A stretch of DNA of 63,835 nt from Gammaproteobacteria bacterium (GTDB lineage: Bacteria > Pseudomonadota > Gammaproteobacteria > JACCXJ01): positions 1 through 63,835 of the forward strand of contig JBQTJM010000017.1 of assembly GCA_052387115.1 (NCBI GenBank), in the 5' to 3' direction. This document shows positions 30,298-39,542 of this stretch, in pieces; position 1 is the stretch's first letter, and each line of letters starts with the position of its first letter. Below the pieces are notes generated by a model, which was not told the origin of the DNA, did no database searches, and worked only from the letters and a program-made list of their open reading frames with translations. Position numbers and translations under genes: made by a program.

Positions 30298-31917
30298 GTG
30301 TCGGTGATTGGACGAGATCCCGAAGGGGCGTCGCGGGAGCGTTACGACCTCATCATCATCGGGGGCGGGATCTATGGGGCGATGCTGCTCCTGGAGGCCG
30401 GGCAGCGGGGCCTCAGGTCACTGCTCGTCGAACGCGGGGACTTCGGAGGACAGACCAGCTTCCAGAGCCTCAGGATCGTCCACGGGGGTTTGCGCTATCT
30501 CCAGGCCCTGGACCTGCCGCGCTTCTTCGAATCGGTGCGGGAGCGCCGCTGGTTCCTGCGCATGTTTCCGGAACTGGTCACGCCGCTTCCCTGCCTCATG
30601 CCCCTCTACGGGGAAGGGCTGCGCCGCCGCGGCGTGCTGGGCGCGGCCCTTTGCGCCAACGACCTGTTGTCCCTGCACCGCAATCGCGGGGTGGGTCTCG
30701 ATCGCAGGCTCCCTGCGGGTCGATTGATCTCGGCCGCCGAGGTCCGCTCGCGCTTCCCGGATGTCGATGGCTCGGGCCTGCAGGGGGCGGCCCTCTGGTA
30801 TGACGCACGAATGCCCGATTCGCAACGCCTGCTGATGGAAACGCTGCGTTGGGCCTGTGCGCTCGGTGGGCGGGCCCTGAACTATATGGAGGCGCGGGAG
30901 CTGTGCGCCGCCGGCCGCGGCGTGTCCGGGATCTCCGCCATCGACACGGAAACAGGGCTCGATCATCGCTATCACGCGAGCGTGGTCGTGAATGCCACGG
31001 GTCCCTGGGGCCGCGGGCTCGCCGCGCGCTTCGATCGCGATGCCCCGGAGCTGTTCCGGCCGTCGCTCGCCTGGAACGTGTGGTTCGCGCGCCCGGCCCC
31101 GTCCGATTGTGCCCTGGCCTTGACCGCGCGCCACCCATCAATAGAGAAACAAAAAGATGCGCGGACCTATTTCCTGCACCCCTGGAAGGGCCGGCTCCTG
31201 GCCGGCACCGGTCACGGACCGTGGCGTGGCGATGTCGAGCAACCCCGGCCTTCGGAGGCGCAGCTCGATGAGTTCATCGCCGACCTCAACGCCGCCGTGC
31301 CCGGTTGGTCGCTCCGGCGCGCCGAGGTGGTGCGCGTGTTCGCAGGCCTCCTCCCCGCCCGCAGCGAGGGGGACGCGACCCTGACCGTTCGTCCTGTGAT
31401 CCGCGACCACGGTGCGCAGGGGGGGCCGGAGGGTTTGTTCAGCGTCTCGGGGGTCAAGTTCACGACCTCTCGGCTGTGCGCGGAGAAGACGCTCGAGTGC
31501 ATCGCCCGTCGCTTTCCGCCCAACAACAGAGAAAAACTTAGGCCGCGTTCCCACGCACAGGCGCGACCGGCGCTTCGGGAAGGCTGGCGGCTCGAGGCCG
31601 GTGAGTTGCGGTCCGATCCGGGCACCCACGGGGGGGTGCCCCTACGGTGGCAAAACGCCTTGTCGAGGCTCATCGCAGAGGAGTCGGTGCAGCACCTCGA
31701 TGACCTGGTATTCCGCCGCACGACCCTGTGGGAAGACCCCGAGGGCACCGCGTCGGCGGCCGGTGAGATCGCTGCTCTGTTCGGTTGGGGCCCGAGCCGC
31801 GCGGAAGAGGAGCGATCCCGCCTGAGCCTTCGGTTCGCCACGACGTCAACGGGCGCCGGCGCTGCCATCGGGCGCCAGCCGGGGTTTACCGAGGTGGCCG
31901 ATCCGGCCATCGTATAA
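30298..31917 (+). CDS. FAD-dependent oxidoreductase, GlpD-like.
   Basis: YDLIIIGGGIYGAMLLLEA (dinucleotide fold) and SLRIVHGGLRYLQ (GlpD-type motif). Confidence 0.8.
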   Translation: MSVIGRDPEGASRERYDLIIIGGGIYGAMLLLEAGQRGLRSLLVERGDFGGQTSFQSLRIVHGGLRYLQALDLPRFFESVRERRWFLRMFPELVTPLPCLMPLYGEGLRRRGVLGAALCANDLLSLHRNRGVGLDRRLPAGRLISAAEVRSRFPDVDGSGLQGAALWYDARMPDSQRLLMETLRWACALGGRALNYMEARELCAAGRGVSGISAIDTETGLDHRYHASVVVNATGPWGRGLAARFDRDAPELFRPSLAWNVWFARPAPSDCALALTARHPSIEKQKDARTYFLHPWKGRLLAGTGHGPWRGDVEQPRPSEAQLDEFIADLNAAVPGWSLRRAEVVRVFAGLLPARSEGDATLTVRPVIRDHGAQGGPEGLFSVSGVKFTTSRLCAEKTLECIARRFPPNNREKLRPRSHAQARPALREGWRLEAGELRSDPGTHGGVPLRWQNALSRLIAEESVQHLDDLVFRRTTLWEDPEGTASAAGEIAALFGWGPSRAEEERSRLSLRFATTSTGAGAAIGRQPGFTEVADPAIV

Positions 31918-31929
31918 GAGAAAAAAAGC

Positions 31930-32937
31930 ATGAACCGTGTTCTCACCGTCAGGCGCGGCGGCGGGCGGGGCTGGCCGCTCCTCATCGCATTGCTCGCGGC
32001 GATCGCGCTGTTTCATGAGACCCTGGCGCGCGCACTCGGAGGTCCGGCAGAAAGGCTACAGCTATTGCTCGGCAAGACCTCGGCCTGGGACCTCGGTGCC
32101 TGCCTCTGCGGGGCCGCGCAAGAGGTCACGGTGGTGCGCGATGACGGGCTCAAGCTCGCCGCCAGCCTCTATACCGCGGACGCCGGAGAGAGGCGCCCGG
32201 CGATCGTGCTGTTGCACGGCAATACACTGAGGGGCAGGCGGCGGCCCCTATACAAGGTCTTGGCGAGTCGCCTGGCGCAACGCGGCTATGTGGTATTGAC
32301 CCTGGACCGAGCGGGTTTCGGCGAGTCGGAAGACCCGTTCAAGACTGCCGCCCCCGGAGAGCCCCCCGACACGGGTGCCGATGTCTCGGCCGCCCTCGCG
32401 TATCTCGAAGGCCTCGAATTCGTAGCCGCGGATCAGGTTCATCTCCTGGGCCACTCGGGCGGGGTTCCGCCCATCCTGAGCGCCGGCCCGCGCGACGCGC
32501 GTGTACGGAAGCTCGTCGCCATCGGTCCCCCGCGGCGCATGGCGGAGCGCCTCGCGGACCCAGCGGATCGCAGGCAGTTCTGGGGGCGCGCGCGCGCCTA
32601 TCGCGAGATCCTCGGATTCGGGCCGTTCCCGGCCTGGTATACCGAGGACGTCTGGCGGCGGCACAAAGAGAGCTCCAGCGACCTTGGAAACTACGCATCG
32701 TATTTCGCGGGCCGGGGACACAAGCCCCTCCTGCTCATGGACGGCGCGCGCGAATCGCCGGCGGACCGCCGTTATCTGGAGGATTATTACCGGGCGATGG
32801 CCGATCCGAAGCGCTACGTGACGGTCCCGAACGCCGATCACTATGCCAATACCACCGAGATCCGCGCCGTCACCGTCTACGACCGGCAAGTGCTAAGCTA
32901 TACCTTGGACGCCATCGACGGCTTCTTGCGCGAATGA
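31930..32937 (+). CDS. Alpha/beta hydrolase.
   Basis: An N-terminal hydrophobic segment, VLLHGN, and the nucleophile elbow LLGHSGG. Confidence 0.75.
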   Translation: MNRVLTVRRGGGRGWPLLIALLAAIALFHETLARALGGPAERLQLLLGKTSAWDLGACLCGAAQEVTVVRDDGLKLAASLYTADAGERRPAIVLLHGNTLRGRRRPLYKVLASRLAQRGYVVLTLDRAGFGESEDPFKTAAPGEPPDTGADVSAALAYLEGLEFVAADQVHLLGHSGGVPPILSAGPRDARVRKLVAIGPPRRMAERLADPADRRQFWGRARAYREILGFGPFPAWYTEDVWRRHKESSSDLGNYASYFAGRGHKPLLLMDGARESPADRRYLEDYYRAMADPKRYVTVPNADHYANTTEIRAVTVYDRQVLSYTLDAIDGFLRE

Positions 32938-33040
32938 GCGCCTGCAATTGTTTTCTTTGGACAACGGGCGCGCCCTTTTTAAATAGATATACTATGGCAT
33001 CGGTCCGAAATCGACACAACCCATCACCGTGGAGAACATC

Positions 33041-33853
33041 ATGGAACAGAATGAAACACCCTGGCAGCTTCGAATGTTTCAGAAGACCTTGAAGAAGCAG
33101 ATGCGCTATGAGGTCCTGAAGGATCACCTCGGGCCCATCGGCAAGGACGAGAAATGTCTGCTCCTCACCTGCGGGGACAACAACGGGGCCATGAACTACT
33201 ACCTGCGCGAGCTGGGTGGGGAATGGTCATGGGCCGATCTGGAAGAGTTCTGCATCGCCGAGATGTCGGAGCTGCTCGGCGATGAGGTCAAGCACGCGGA
33301 CAAGGACCATCTTCCCTTTCCCGACACGAGCTTTGATCGCGTGATCTCGATCGATGTGCACGAACATCTCGAGGATCCGGGGTCCATCACGGCCGAGCTG
33401 CACCGCGTGACCAGGCCCGGGGGGCAGGTCATCATCACCGTGCCGAACGGCGATGAGACCAAGCTCGCGGTCAAGATGAAACACGCCGTCGGGATGACCA
33501 AGGAGAAATACGGGCACGTGCGGGTGGGACTGCAATTGCCGGAGCTTCGACGGCTCATGAGCGAGAACCGCATCGAGCCGTGCAAGGAGAGCACGTTCTC
33601 GCGTTTCTTCACCGAGCTTCTGGAGCTGAGCATCAACTACGCCTACGTCATGGTCCTGGCGAAGAAGAGCAAGGCCAAGGTCGAGGAAGGCCAGATTGCG
33701 CCGGCGACCAAGGACCAGGTGAAATCCGTGGAGAAGACCTTCAAGATCTATTCGCTGATCTATCCCGTCTACGCGCTGCTCTCGAAGCTCGACCAGCTCC
33801 TGTTCTTCACCGAGGGCTATGTCGTGGTCGTCGAAGGTAGGAGGGCCGCTTGA
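33041..33853 (+). CDS. Class I SAM-dependent methyltransferase.
   Basis: Motif I LLLTCGDNNG, and FDRVISIDVHEHLEDP. Start re-called to the ATG at 33041; the GTG at 33029 is the alternative. Confidence 0.8.
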   Translation: MEQNETPWQLRMFQKTLKKQMRYEVLKDHLGPIGKDEKCLLLTCGDNNGAMNYYLRELGGEWSWADLEEFCIAEMSELLGDEVKHADKDHLPFPDTSFDRVISIDVHEHLEDPGSITAELHRVTRPGGQVIITVPNGDETKLAVKMKHAVGMTKEKYGHVRVGLQLPELRRLMSENRIEPCKESTFSRFFTELLELSINYAYVMVLAKKSKAKVEEGQIAPATKDQVKSVEKTFKIYSLIYPVYALLSKLDQLLFFTEGYVVVVEGRRAA

Positions 33854-34848
33854 TGGGGGCGCAGGAAACGGCGCTCGTCACGGGTGCCGGCGGTTTTATC
33901 GGCAGCAACCTGGTCGATGACCAGTTGGCCCGTGGCCGGCGGGTCATCGCAGTTGACGTTCATCTCGATCGACTCGATCACCTGAGGTCCCATCCCGCCT
34001 GCCAACTGTACGCGGGCGACGTGCGGGACGCGGCGTTCATGACGCGCGTCATCGCCGGGGTCGATATAATCTTTCACCTCGCGAGCGCGCACCTCGAGGT
34101 CGCCAAATCGGAGGCGTATTTTTGGGAAACCAACGTCGGGGCGGTGAAGTCGCTCCTGGAGATCGCTCGAAACAACGGGGTCCGCCGCTTCGTCCACACC
34201 AGCAGTGTCGGCGTCTACGGGCCGCTCACGATCCTGCCGGCCGACGAGGCCTCTGCGTGCCATCCCGACATCCTCTATGAGCGCACCAAGCTAGAGGGGG
34301 AAGAGACCGTGACGCGCTTCGTAAAGGACACCGGTTTTTCCGCCGTGATCCTGCGGCCGGCCTGGGTGTACGGACCACGCTGCCCGCGCACCCTCAAGCT
34401 GTTTCGCACCATAAAGAAACGCCGCTTCGTCATGGTGGGCGAGGGCGAGAACTTCCGCCACCCGATCCATATCCGGGACATGCTCACCGCCTTCGAGCTG
34501 GCCGCCACCCGGCCCGGGATCGAGGGCGAGACCTTCGTGGTCGCCTCGGACCACGCCGTCCGGCTGGCGGACCTGATCACGGAGATCATCGCCGTGCAGG
34601 GACTGCGCTTTGCCCCCATCCGCGTGCCGATGGGAGTCATGACGGCGCTCTGTCTCGGGGTGGAGGGCGTATTCAAGGTGCTCGGTAAGGAACCGCCCTT
34701 TTCGACGCGCAGCCTGAAGTTCTTCACCGAGAGCTCGGCTTTCGACATCGCAAAGGCGCGGCGTCTCCTGGGGTTCGCGCCTGCGGTGACCTTGCACGAG
34801 GGGCTCGCGCACACCTACCGGCATTACCTGGCCGAGCGGCTGGTGTAG
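33853..34848 (+). CDS. NAD-dependent epimerase/dehydratase.
   Basis: ALVTGAGGFIGSNLV and YERTKLEGE (YxxxK). The start overlaps the methyltransferase stop (TGATG). Confidence 0.88.
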   Translation: MGAQETALVTGAGGFIGSNLVDDQLARGRRVIAVDVHLDRLDHLRSHPACQLYAGDVRDAAFMTRVIAGVDIIFHLASAHLEVAKSEAYFWETNVGAVKSLLEIARNNGVRRFVHTSSVGVYGPLTILPADEASACHPDILYERTKLEGEETVTRFVKDTGFSAVILRPAWVYGPRCPRTLKLFRTIKKRRFVMVGEGENFRHPIHIRDMLTAFELAATRPGIEGETFVVASDHAVRLADLITEIIAVQGLRFAPIRVPMGVMTALCLGVEGVFKVLGKEPPFSTRSLKFFTESSAFDIAKARRLLGFAPAVTLHEGLAHTYRHYLAERLV

Positions 34849-34897
34849 CGGGGCTGCGGCTTGCGGCGATTCCCTAGTCGGATGCGGTGAACGTCTC

Positions 34898-35683
34898 GTG
34901 GCGCATGAAAAGATGCACAGCCAGATCACCGACGAGTCGCAGTCGGCGCTCAGGCGCTATCAACGGTTGATCGTCGGATCGACCCGTCTCGGCGATACGC
35001 TCAAGTACGAGCTGATCGTGGCCATCGGCAGCCTGGCGCCCGGTGCCTTGGGCCTTTGGCTCAGGCAGAAGCTCTATCGGCGTCTCTTGATGAAGGCCGG
35101 GCGCGGGGTGTTCTTCGGCGCCGGTGTCACCCTGCGACACCCCTGCAAGGTGGCGGTCGGCGACCATGTGGTGGTAGCCGATGGCTGTTTGCTGGACGCG
35201 CGCGGCGACTCCAATCGCGGCATACGCCTGGGCGACAACGTGATACTGGGCGATCGCGCGACCCTGCGCTGCAAGGACGGTGATATCGTCGTCGGCAACA
35301 ACGTCGGCATCGGGCTCAATGCGAGCCTGAGCGCGGTCGGCGGTAACGTCCTCGAGCTTGCCGACGAGGTCATGATCGGACCCTATGCCTATCTGGGCGG
35401 CGCCAGTTATCACCACGATCGGCTGGATATCCCGATCTCGCGCCAAGGTCAGGACCTGAAGGGCGGTATCAGGGTGGGCTACGGGGCCTGGATTGGGGCA
35501 CGCGCCGTCATCATGGATGGAGTCACGATCGGCCGGGATGCCATCGTCGCGACCAATGCCGTCGTGAACAAGGACATCCCGGACTATGCCATCGTCGCCG
35601 GGGTCCCGGCGCGATTGATTCGGACCCGACGGGCAGAGCCTGCGCAGGCCGACATAGAGTCCCCCGAACCCCCGATTAGATAG
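34898..35683 (+). CDS. Left-handed beta-helix (hexapeptide-repeat) acyl/acetyltransferase.
   Basis: Repeated [LIV]G-x4 hexapeptides (VGDHVVVADGCLL, LGDNVILGDRATL, IGARAVIMDGVTIGRDAIVATNAVV). Start is either the GTG at 34898 or the ATG at 34913. Confidence 0.85.
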   Translation: MAHEKMHSQITDESQSALRRYQRLIVGSTRLGDTLKYELIVAIGSLAPGALGLWLRQKLYRRLLMKAGRGVFFGAGVTLRHPCKVAVGDHVVVADGCLLDARGDSNRGIRLGDNVILGDRATLRCKDGDIVVGNNVGIGLNASLSAVGGNVLELADEVMIGPYAYLGGASYHHDRLDIPISRQGQDLKGGIRVGYGAWIGARAVIMDGVTIGRDAIVATNAVVNKDIPDYAIVAGVPARLIRTRRAEPAQADIESPEPPIR

Positions 35684-35731
35684 ATTAAATTGCGGCGGGC
35701 CGGCTGTGACCAGATGCCGGTGCTCGTTCAA

Positions 35732-35800
35732 GAGTAAATCGCGCCAGGAGTACATCGTGCCAGGAGTAAATCGTGCCAGGAGTAAATCGTGAGTAAATCG
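35732..35800 (+). repeat. Tandem array. The core gagtaaatcg occurs five times, three of them inside full 16-bp units gccaggagtaaatcgt. The array runs into the start codon of the next gene.
   Basis: Units lie at 35743-35758 (one mismatch), 35759-35774 and 35775-35790, with partial units at 35732-35741 and 35791-35800. Each full unit ends in cgt, which with the first g of the next unit forms a GTG 6 nt after an AGGAG. Confidence 0.9.
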
Positions 35801-36781
35801 ATCAGACAACGGCTGTTTTTCCTGGGCAGGCTCGCGCTGGGCGTAGCGCTCCTCGGCGCCCTGCTCGTCGTCAACGACAATGGCCGCAAGGTGCTCGATG
35901 CCTTCGTACAGGTACAGCCGCTGTACCTGATCCCGTTCTTCGCCATCACCTATCCGCTGCTCGGGGCGAGTTGTATGAAATGGGGGCTGTTCCTGCGCGA
36001 GCGCGGGGTGGTGATCGGCTTCCACCGACTGTTTCGTCTGTATCTGGTCGGGTCCTTCTTCAACAACTTCTTGCCGAGCATGGTCGGGGGGGATCTGGTC
36101 CGAGCCTATGTGCTCGGCAAGCAGATCGAATCCCACACCCATTCGATCGCGTCGGTCTTTCTGGAGCGTTTCACCGGCATGATCGCCCTGGTATCGCTCG
36201 CCACCGCCTCGTTCCTGTTTAATTCAGAGCTCCGACAAGAACCGGTGGTGGTGGTCTCGATCGGGGTCATGGGCAGCGCCTGCCTCGTGCTGGTGGCGGC
36301 GGTCTGGAACCCGGAGTGGGTACTGTGGTTCCTGCGGCCCATGGAAAAGAACCGCCACGTGGCGCGGCTCCTTCCCAAGCTCATGCAGTTCCACGACCAC
36401 GTGAGCTATTTCAAGGACAAGCCGATCCTGGTCGGTAAGGCGATGCTCTATTCGTTCACCTTCCATTTCCTGGCGGCGGTCAATGTGTATGTGGCGTGCC
36501 TGGTGCTCGCGGTTCCCCTGGATCTCTATGATGCCGTGGTACTGACCCCCATCGTCCTGTTGGTCTCGTCCGTGCCATTGAGCGTGAACGGGATCGGGGT
36601 CTGGGAGTGGGCGTTCAGCGTGTATCTGGTGCAGGCGGGTGTGCCGATGGACCAGGGGCTCGCGGTCGCGCTGCTCCTGCGCGCCAAGAGCCTCCTGCTT
36701 TCGCTCGTCGGCGGGGTTTTGTTCCTGTTCGAACGCACCGCTTTGCCGGCCACCGTCAAGGCCGAGGGGCATGCGGGCTAG
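35789..36781 (+). CDS. Polytopic membrane protein of the lysyl-phosphatidylglycerol-synthase-TM / UPF0104 (flippase-like) family.
   Basis: About 8 hydrophobic segments. FFNNFLPSMVGGDLVRAYVL is typical of this family. GTG start inside the last repeat unit. Confidence 0.75.
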   Translation: MSKSIRQRLFFLGRLALGVALLGALLVVNDNGRKVLDAFVQVQPLYLIPFFAITYPLLGASCMKWGLFLRERGVVIGFHRLFRLYLVGSFFNNFLPSMVGGDLVRAYVLGKQIESHTHSIASVFLERFTGMIALVSLATASFLFNSELRQEPVVVVSIGVMGSACLVLVAAVWNPEWVLWFLRPMEKNRHVARLLPKLMQFHDHVSYFKDKPILVGKAMLYSFTFHFLAAVNVYVACLVLAVPLDLYDAVVLTPIVLLVSSVPLSVNGIGVWEWAFSVYLVQAGVPMDQGLAVALLLRAKSLLLSLVGGVLFLFERTALPATVKAEGHAG

Positions 36782-36806
36782 CCCGAGGCGAATCAGATAA
36801 GGCGGG

Positions 36807-38135
36807 CTAAGGCCCGTTGTGGCTGCCGGTGAGGTCCGGCGTCAAGGACAGCCGCCGGATCAACTGCCGCAGGAAGACCTTGATGAAACACAGCTGGCAG
36901 TCCTTGGAGGTCTGCTCCAGGACCGTGGCGCTGATCTTGAACAAGGACACATGCGCGCCGGCGATGATCGAGGCGGTGCGTTTGGCCCTGCTGTAATAGC
37001 CCATCTCCCCGAAGCAATCGCCGGGGCCGAGCGCGCCCACTGCGCGCCCGCCGCGCTCGACGCGCACCATACCGGTGATGACCACGTAGAACGAATTGTC
37101 CATCTCGCCCTCGACGAAGATACCCTGCCCGGCAGCGAATTCCTGCCACAGGCTGGCGCGGATGATCTCCCAGATCTGGTCATCGGTGAACTCGTCGAAG
37201 AAGCGCAGGGATCGGGCCTCGTTGAAGCGCTCGTGCAGGGCGACCTCGTCCTGCGGGCTGCCCAGGTGGCTGAACGCCCCGGCCAGATCGGAGGCGAGGT
37301 CCAGTCCGGTCTTGTAGCGCCGGCGCGGGTCCTTCTCCATGGCGCGGCGGACTACCCGTTCGAGGACCTCCGGGACCTCCGAACGATGCTGTGCCATGGG
37401 CGGTGCGTCTCCGTTGACGATGCGGTACACGAGGTCCGAGAAGCGCCCGTCGTAAAACGGGTGGCGTCCCGTCAGGCATTCGTACATGACGACGCCGAGG
37501 GAGAAGAGATCGGTCTGATGGGTGATCGGATCGTCCTGCACCTGCTCGGGCGACATGTAACCGGGGGAGCCCGCGAACTGCATAGCCGCGGTGCCCGATC
37601 CGGCGCCGCGCTCCAGGCGGGCGATGCCGAAATCGCCGATCTTGGCCTCACCGTCCTCCGCGAGCAGGATGTTCGAGGGCTTGATGTCGCGGTGGATCAC
37701 CCCTTGCCGGTGGGCATACTCGAGCGCCCGCGCCGACTGGAAGGCGGCCTCGACGACCCGCTCGATGGGCAGGAGATGATCCGCTTGCGTGTAGGGCTGC
37801 AGGGTGGCGCCATGGCTCATGTACTCCATGACGATATAGCAGCGATCACCGTGTACGCCGGCATCGAAGACCTGCGCGATGTTCGGGTGCCGCAGGCGTC
37901 CGGCGGTCTGTGCCTCGCGGAAAAACCGACGGCGAAACCGCTCGGCCAGATCGAGGCTGTTGGGGAGGGGCTTGAGGGCCATCTTGAGGGCGACCGGCCG
38001 ATCGATGTAGGGATCGTGGCCTTCATAGACGATGGCCGTCGTGCTGCGGCCGACCTCACGCAGGACCTCGTATTTGCCGAGGGTCGGATGCTCGGTCGGT
38101 GCGGTCCGTGTGGTCTTGCTCATCGTGGTAGTCAC
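36807..38135 (-). CDS. Ser/Thr protein kinase with a C-terminal cyclic-nucleotide-binding domain.
   Basis: Kinase: VALKMA, HRDIKPSNILL, DFGIARL, GSPGYMSPEQ. cNMP-binding: FVEGEMDNSFYVVITGMVRV...CFGEMGYYSRAKRTASIIA. Confidence 0.88.
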   Translation of the reverse strand: MTTTMSKTTRTAPTEHPTLGKYEVLREVGRSTTAIVYEGHDPYIDRPVALKMALKPLPNSLDLAERFRRRFFREAQTAGRLRHPNIAQVFDAGVHGDRCYIVMEYMSHGATLQPYTQADHLLPIERVVEAAFQSARALEYAHRQGVIHRDIKPSNILLAEDGEAKIGDFGIARLERGAGSGTAAMQFAGSPGYMSPEQVQDDPITHQTDLFSLGVVMYECLTGRHPFYDGRFSDLVYRIVNGDAPPMAQHRSEVPEVLERVVRRAMEKDPRRRYKTGLDLASDLAGAFSHLGSPQDEVALHERFNEARSLRFFDEFTDDQIWEIIRASLWQEFAAGQGIFVEGEMDNSFYVVITGMVRVERGGRAVGALGPGDCFGEMGYYSRAKRTASIIAGAHVSLFKISATVLEQTSKDCQLCFIKVFLRQLIRRLSLTPDLTGSHNGP

Positions 38136-38268
38136 TCCCGGTCACCGGGCTCGCGTTACAATGGGTGGACGCTGGTGCGCGGCCGGGCCATAATTGGCTG
38201 ATACTGGGGGGCGATGATACCTGCGGAATGATAATACGCGGAAGGGGCGGTGGCCGCGCAGCGCTTCT

Positions 38269-39453
38269 ATGCTGACTGGTGTGAAACCGATGCTCGTGTC
38301 TGCGGGCGTGCTGCTCCTGGGGTTGCTGTTTCTGCTCCCCGAGCGCTGCGCAGTGAACATGGCGTTCCTGCGCCAAGATACGCCGGCGCCGGCCGAGTTG
38401 CGCGAGCGCGTCGACCTGGCGCCGGGCTTTTCCATCGCGGTCTATGCGTCGGGCCTGCCGGGTGTCCGCGTGCTACGTTTTACCGAGGCGGGGGACCTGC
38501 TCGCGAGCCTGCCCGAAGCGGGCAGCATCGTGCTCCTGGAACGTGACCGCAACGGAGACGGACGGCCCGACGGTCGTCGCGAGCTGGTCGGGGGGCTCGA
38601 ACGCCCGCACGGCATCGATGTCTTCGAGGACACGGTCTATGTCGCCGAGACCAACGCCGTCGGCCGCGTGGATTTCGATGCTCGAAATGGCCAGACCGTC
38701 GGCGAGTACCGGCGCATCGTTCATGGGCTGCCAGGGGGCGGCAATCACTGGAGCCGCAGCGTGCGCTTCGGTCCCGATGGGCTCATGTACGTGACGGTGG
38801 GCTCGAGCTGCAATGTCTGTATCGAGGACCACCCGTGGCGCGCGGCGATGCTGCGTTTCCGGGCGGATGGCACCGGGGGCGAGGTGTATGCCACCGGACT
38901 GCGTAATACCGTGGCCTTCGATTGGTGGCCGGGCGCCGGCGGGCCGGGAGCTGGCGTCCTCTACGGCGCCGACATCGGTCGTGATCTCCTGGGTGACGAT
39001 GTCCCGCCCGACGAGCTGAACCGCATCGAGCGCGGGGGTTTCTACGGCTGGCCTTTCGCCTACGGCGACAAGGTTCCGGACCCCGATTTCGGTGTGGCTC
39101 AGGGCGATCGCGTGGCCGGCAGTCTGGCCGCGGTCCATGCCTTCGCGGCCCATAGCTCCCCGACCGGAATGACCTTCCTGCGTGGCCGGGGACTGCCGGC
39201 CGACTATCGGGGCGCGGCGCTCGTGGCCCTGCACGGCTCGTGGAACCGGACGGAGAAACAGGGCTACGAGGTCGTCTCGCTGCACTTTGCCGACGATGGC
39301 AAGATAGCCGAGCGCAAGTTCGCGACCGGCTTCGAGGTGGACGAGGATGTCATCGGCCGCCCGAGCGACGTGGCCGAGGGACCGGACGGGGCCATCTATA
39401 TCTCCGACGACTTCACCGGTAGCGTCTACCGCGTCACCTTCGGCGGTCCGTGA
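38269..39453 (+). CDS. PQQ-dependent sugar (glucose/sorbosone) dehydrogenase family protein, secreted.
   Basis: Signal/TM LVSAGVLLLGLLFLL. GGNHWSRSVRFGPDG, and GGFYGWPFAYGD typical of the soluble aldose dehydrogenase beta-propeller. Confidence 0.8.
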   Translation: MLTGVKPMLVSAGVLLLGLLFLLPERCAVNMAFLRQDTPAPAELRERVDLAPGFSIAVYASGLPGVRVLRFTEAGDLLASLPEAGSIVLLERDRNGDGRPDGRRELVGGLERPHGIDVFEDTVYVAETNAVGRVDFDARNGQTVGEYRRIVHGLPGGGNHWSRSVRFGPDGLMYVTVGSSCNVCIEDHPWRAAMLRFRADGTGGEVYATGLRNTVAFDWWPGAGGPGAGVLYGADIGRDLLGDDVPPDELNRIERGGFYGWPFAYGDKVPDPDFGVAQGDRVAGSLAAVHAFAAHSSPTGMTFLRGRGLPADYRGAALVALHGSWNRTEKQGYEVVSLHFADDGKIAERKFATGFEVDEDVIGRPSDVAEGPDGAIYISDDFTGSVYRVTFGGP

Positions 39454-39514
39454 GCCGTTCGGCAGCGTGCGCACACCCCCTGGGAGAAAAGGCGGTTGTC
39501 ACGCAACCCGGTCT

Positions 39515-39535
39515 CCCCCGTCGTCGGGACGGGGG
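39515..39535. terminator. GC-rich hairpin between two convergent genes.
   Basis: cccccgtc, loop gtcgg, gacggggg: an 8-bp perfect stem. It sits between the stop at 39453 (+) and the stop at 39543 (-). Confidence 0.5.
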
Positions 39536-39542
39536 CCGGACT

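Noticed and set aside
33000-33028. A sigma-54-like TGGCAT upstream of the methyltransferase gene, and other TGGC-containing spacers (38230-38268, 50820-50900, 54770-54800).
   Set aside because: None has a GC dinucleotide at the required 10-nt spacing from the GG, and none has the TTGC element.
35732-35800. Whether the short tandem repeats (16-bp units here, 15-bp at 20556-20585, 22-bp at 49929-49972) could be CRISPR arrays.
   Set aside because: The units are directly adjacent with no unique spacers, and there are only 2-5 copies. No cas genes are present. They are simple tandem duplications.
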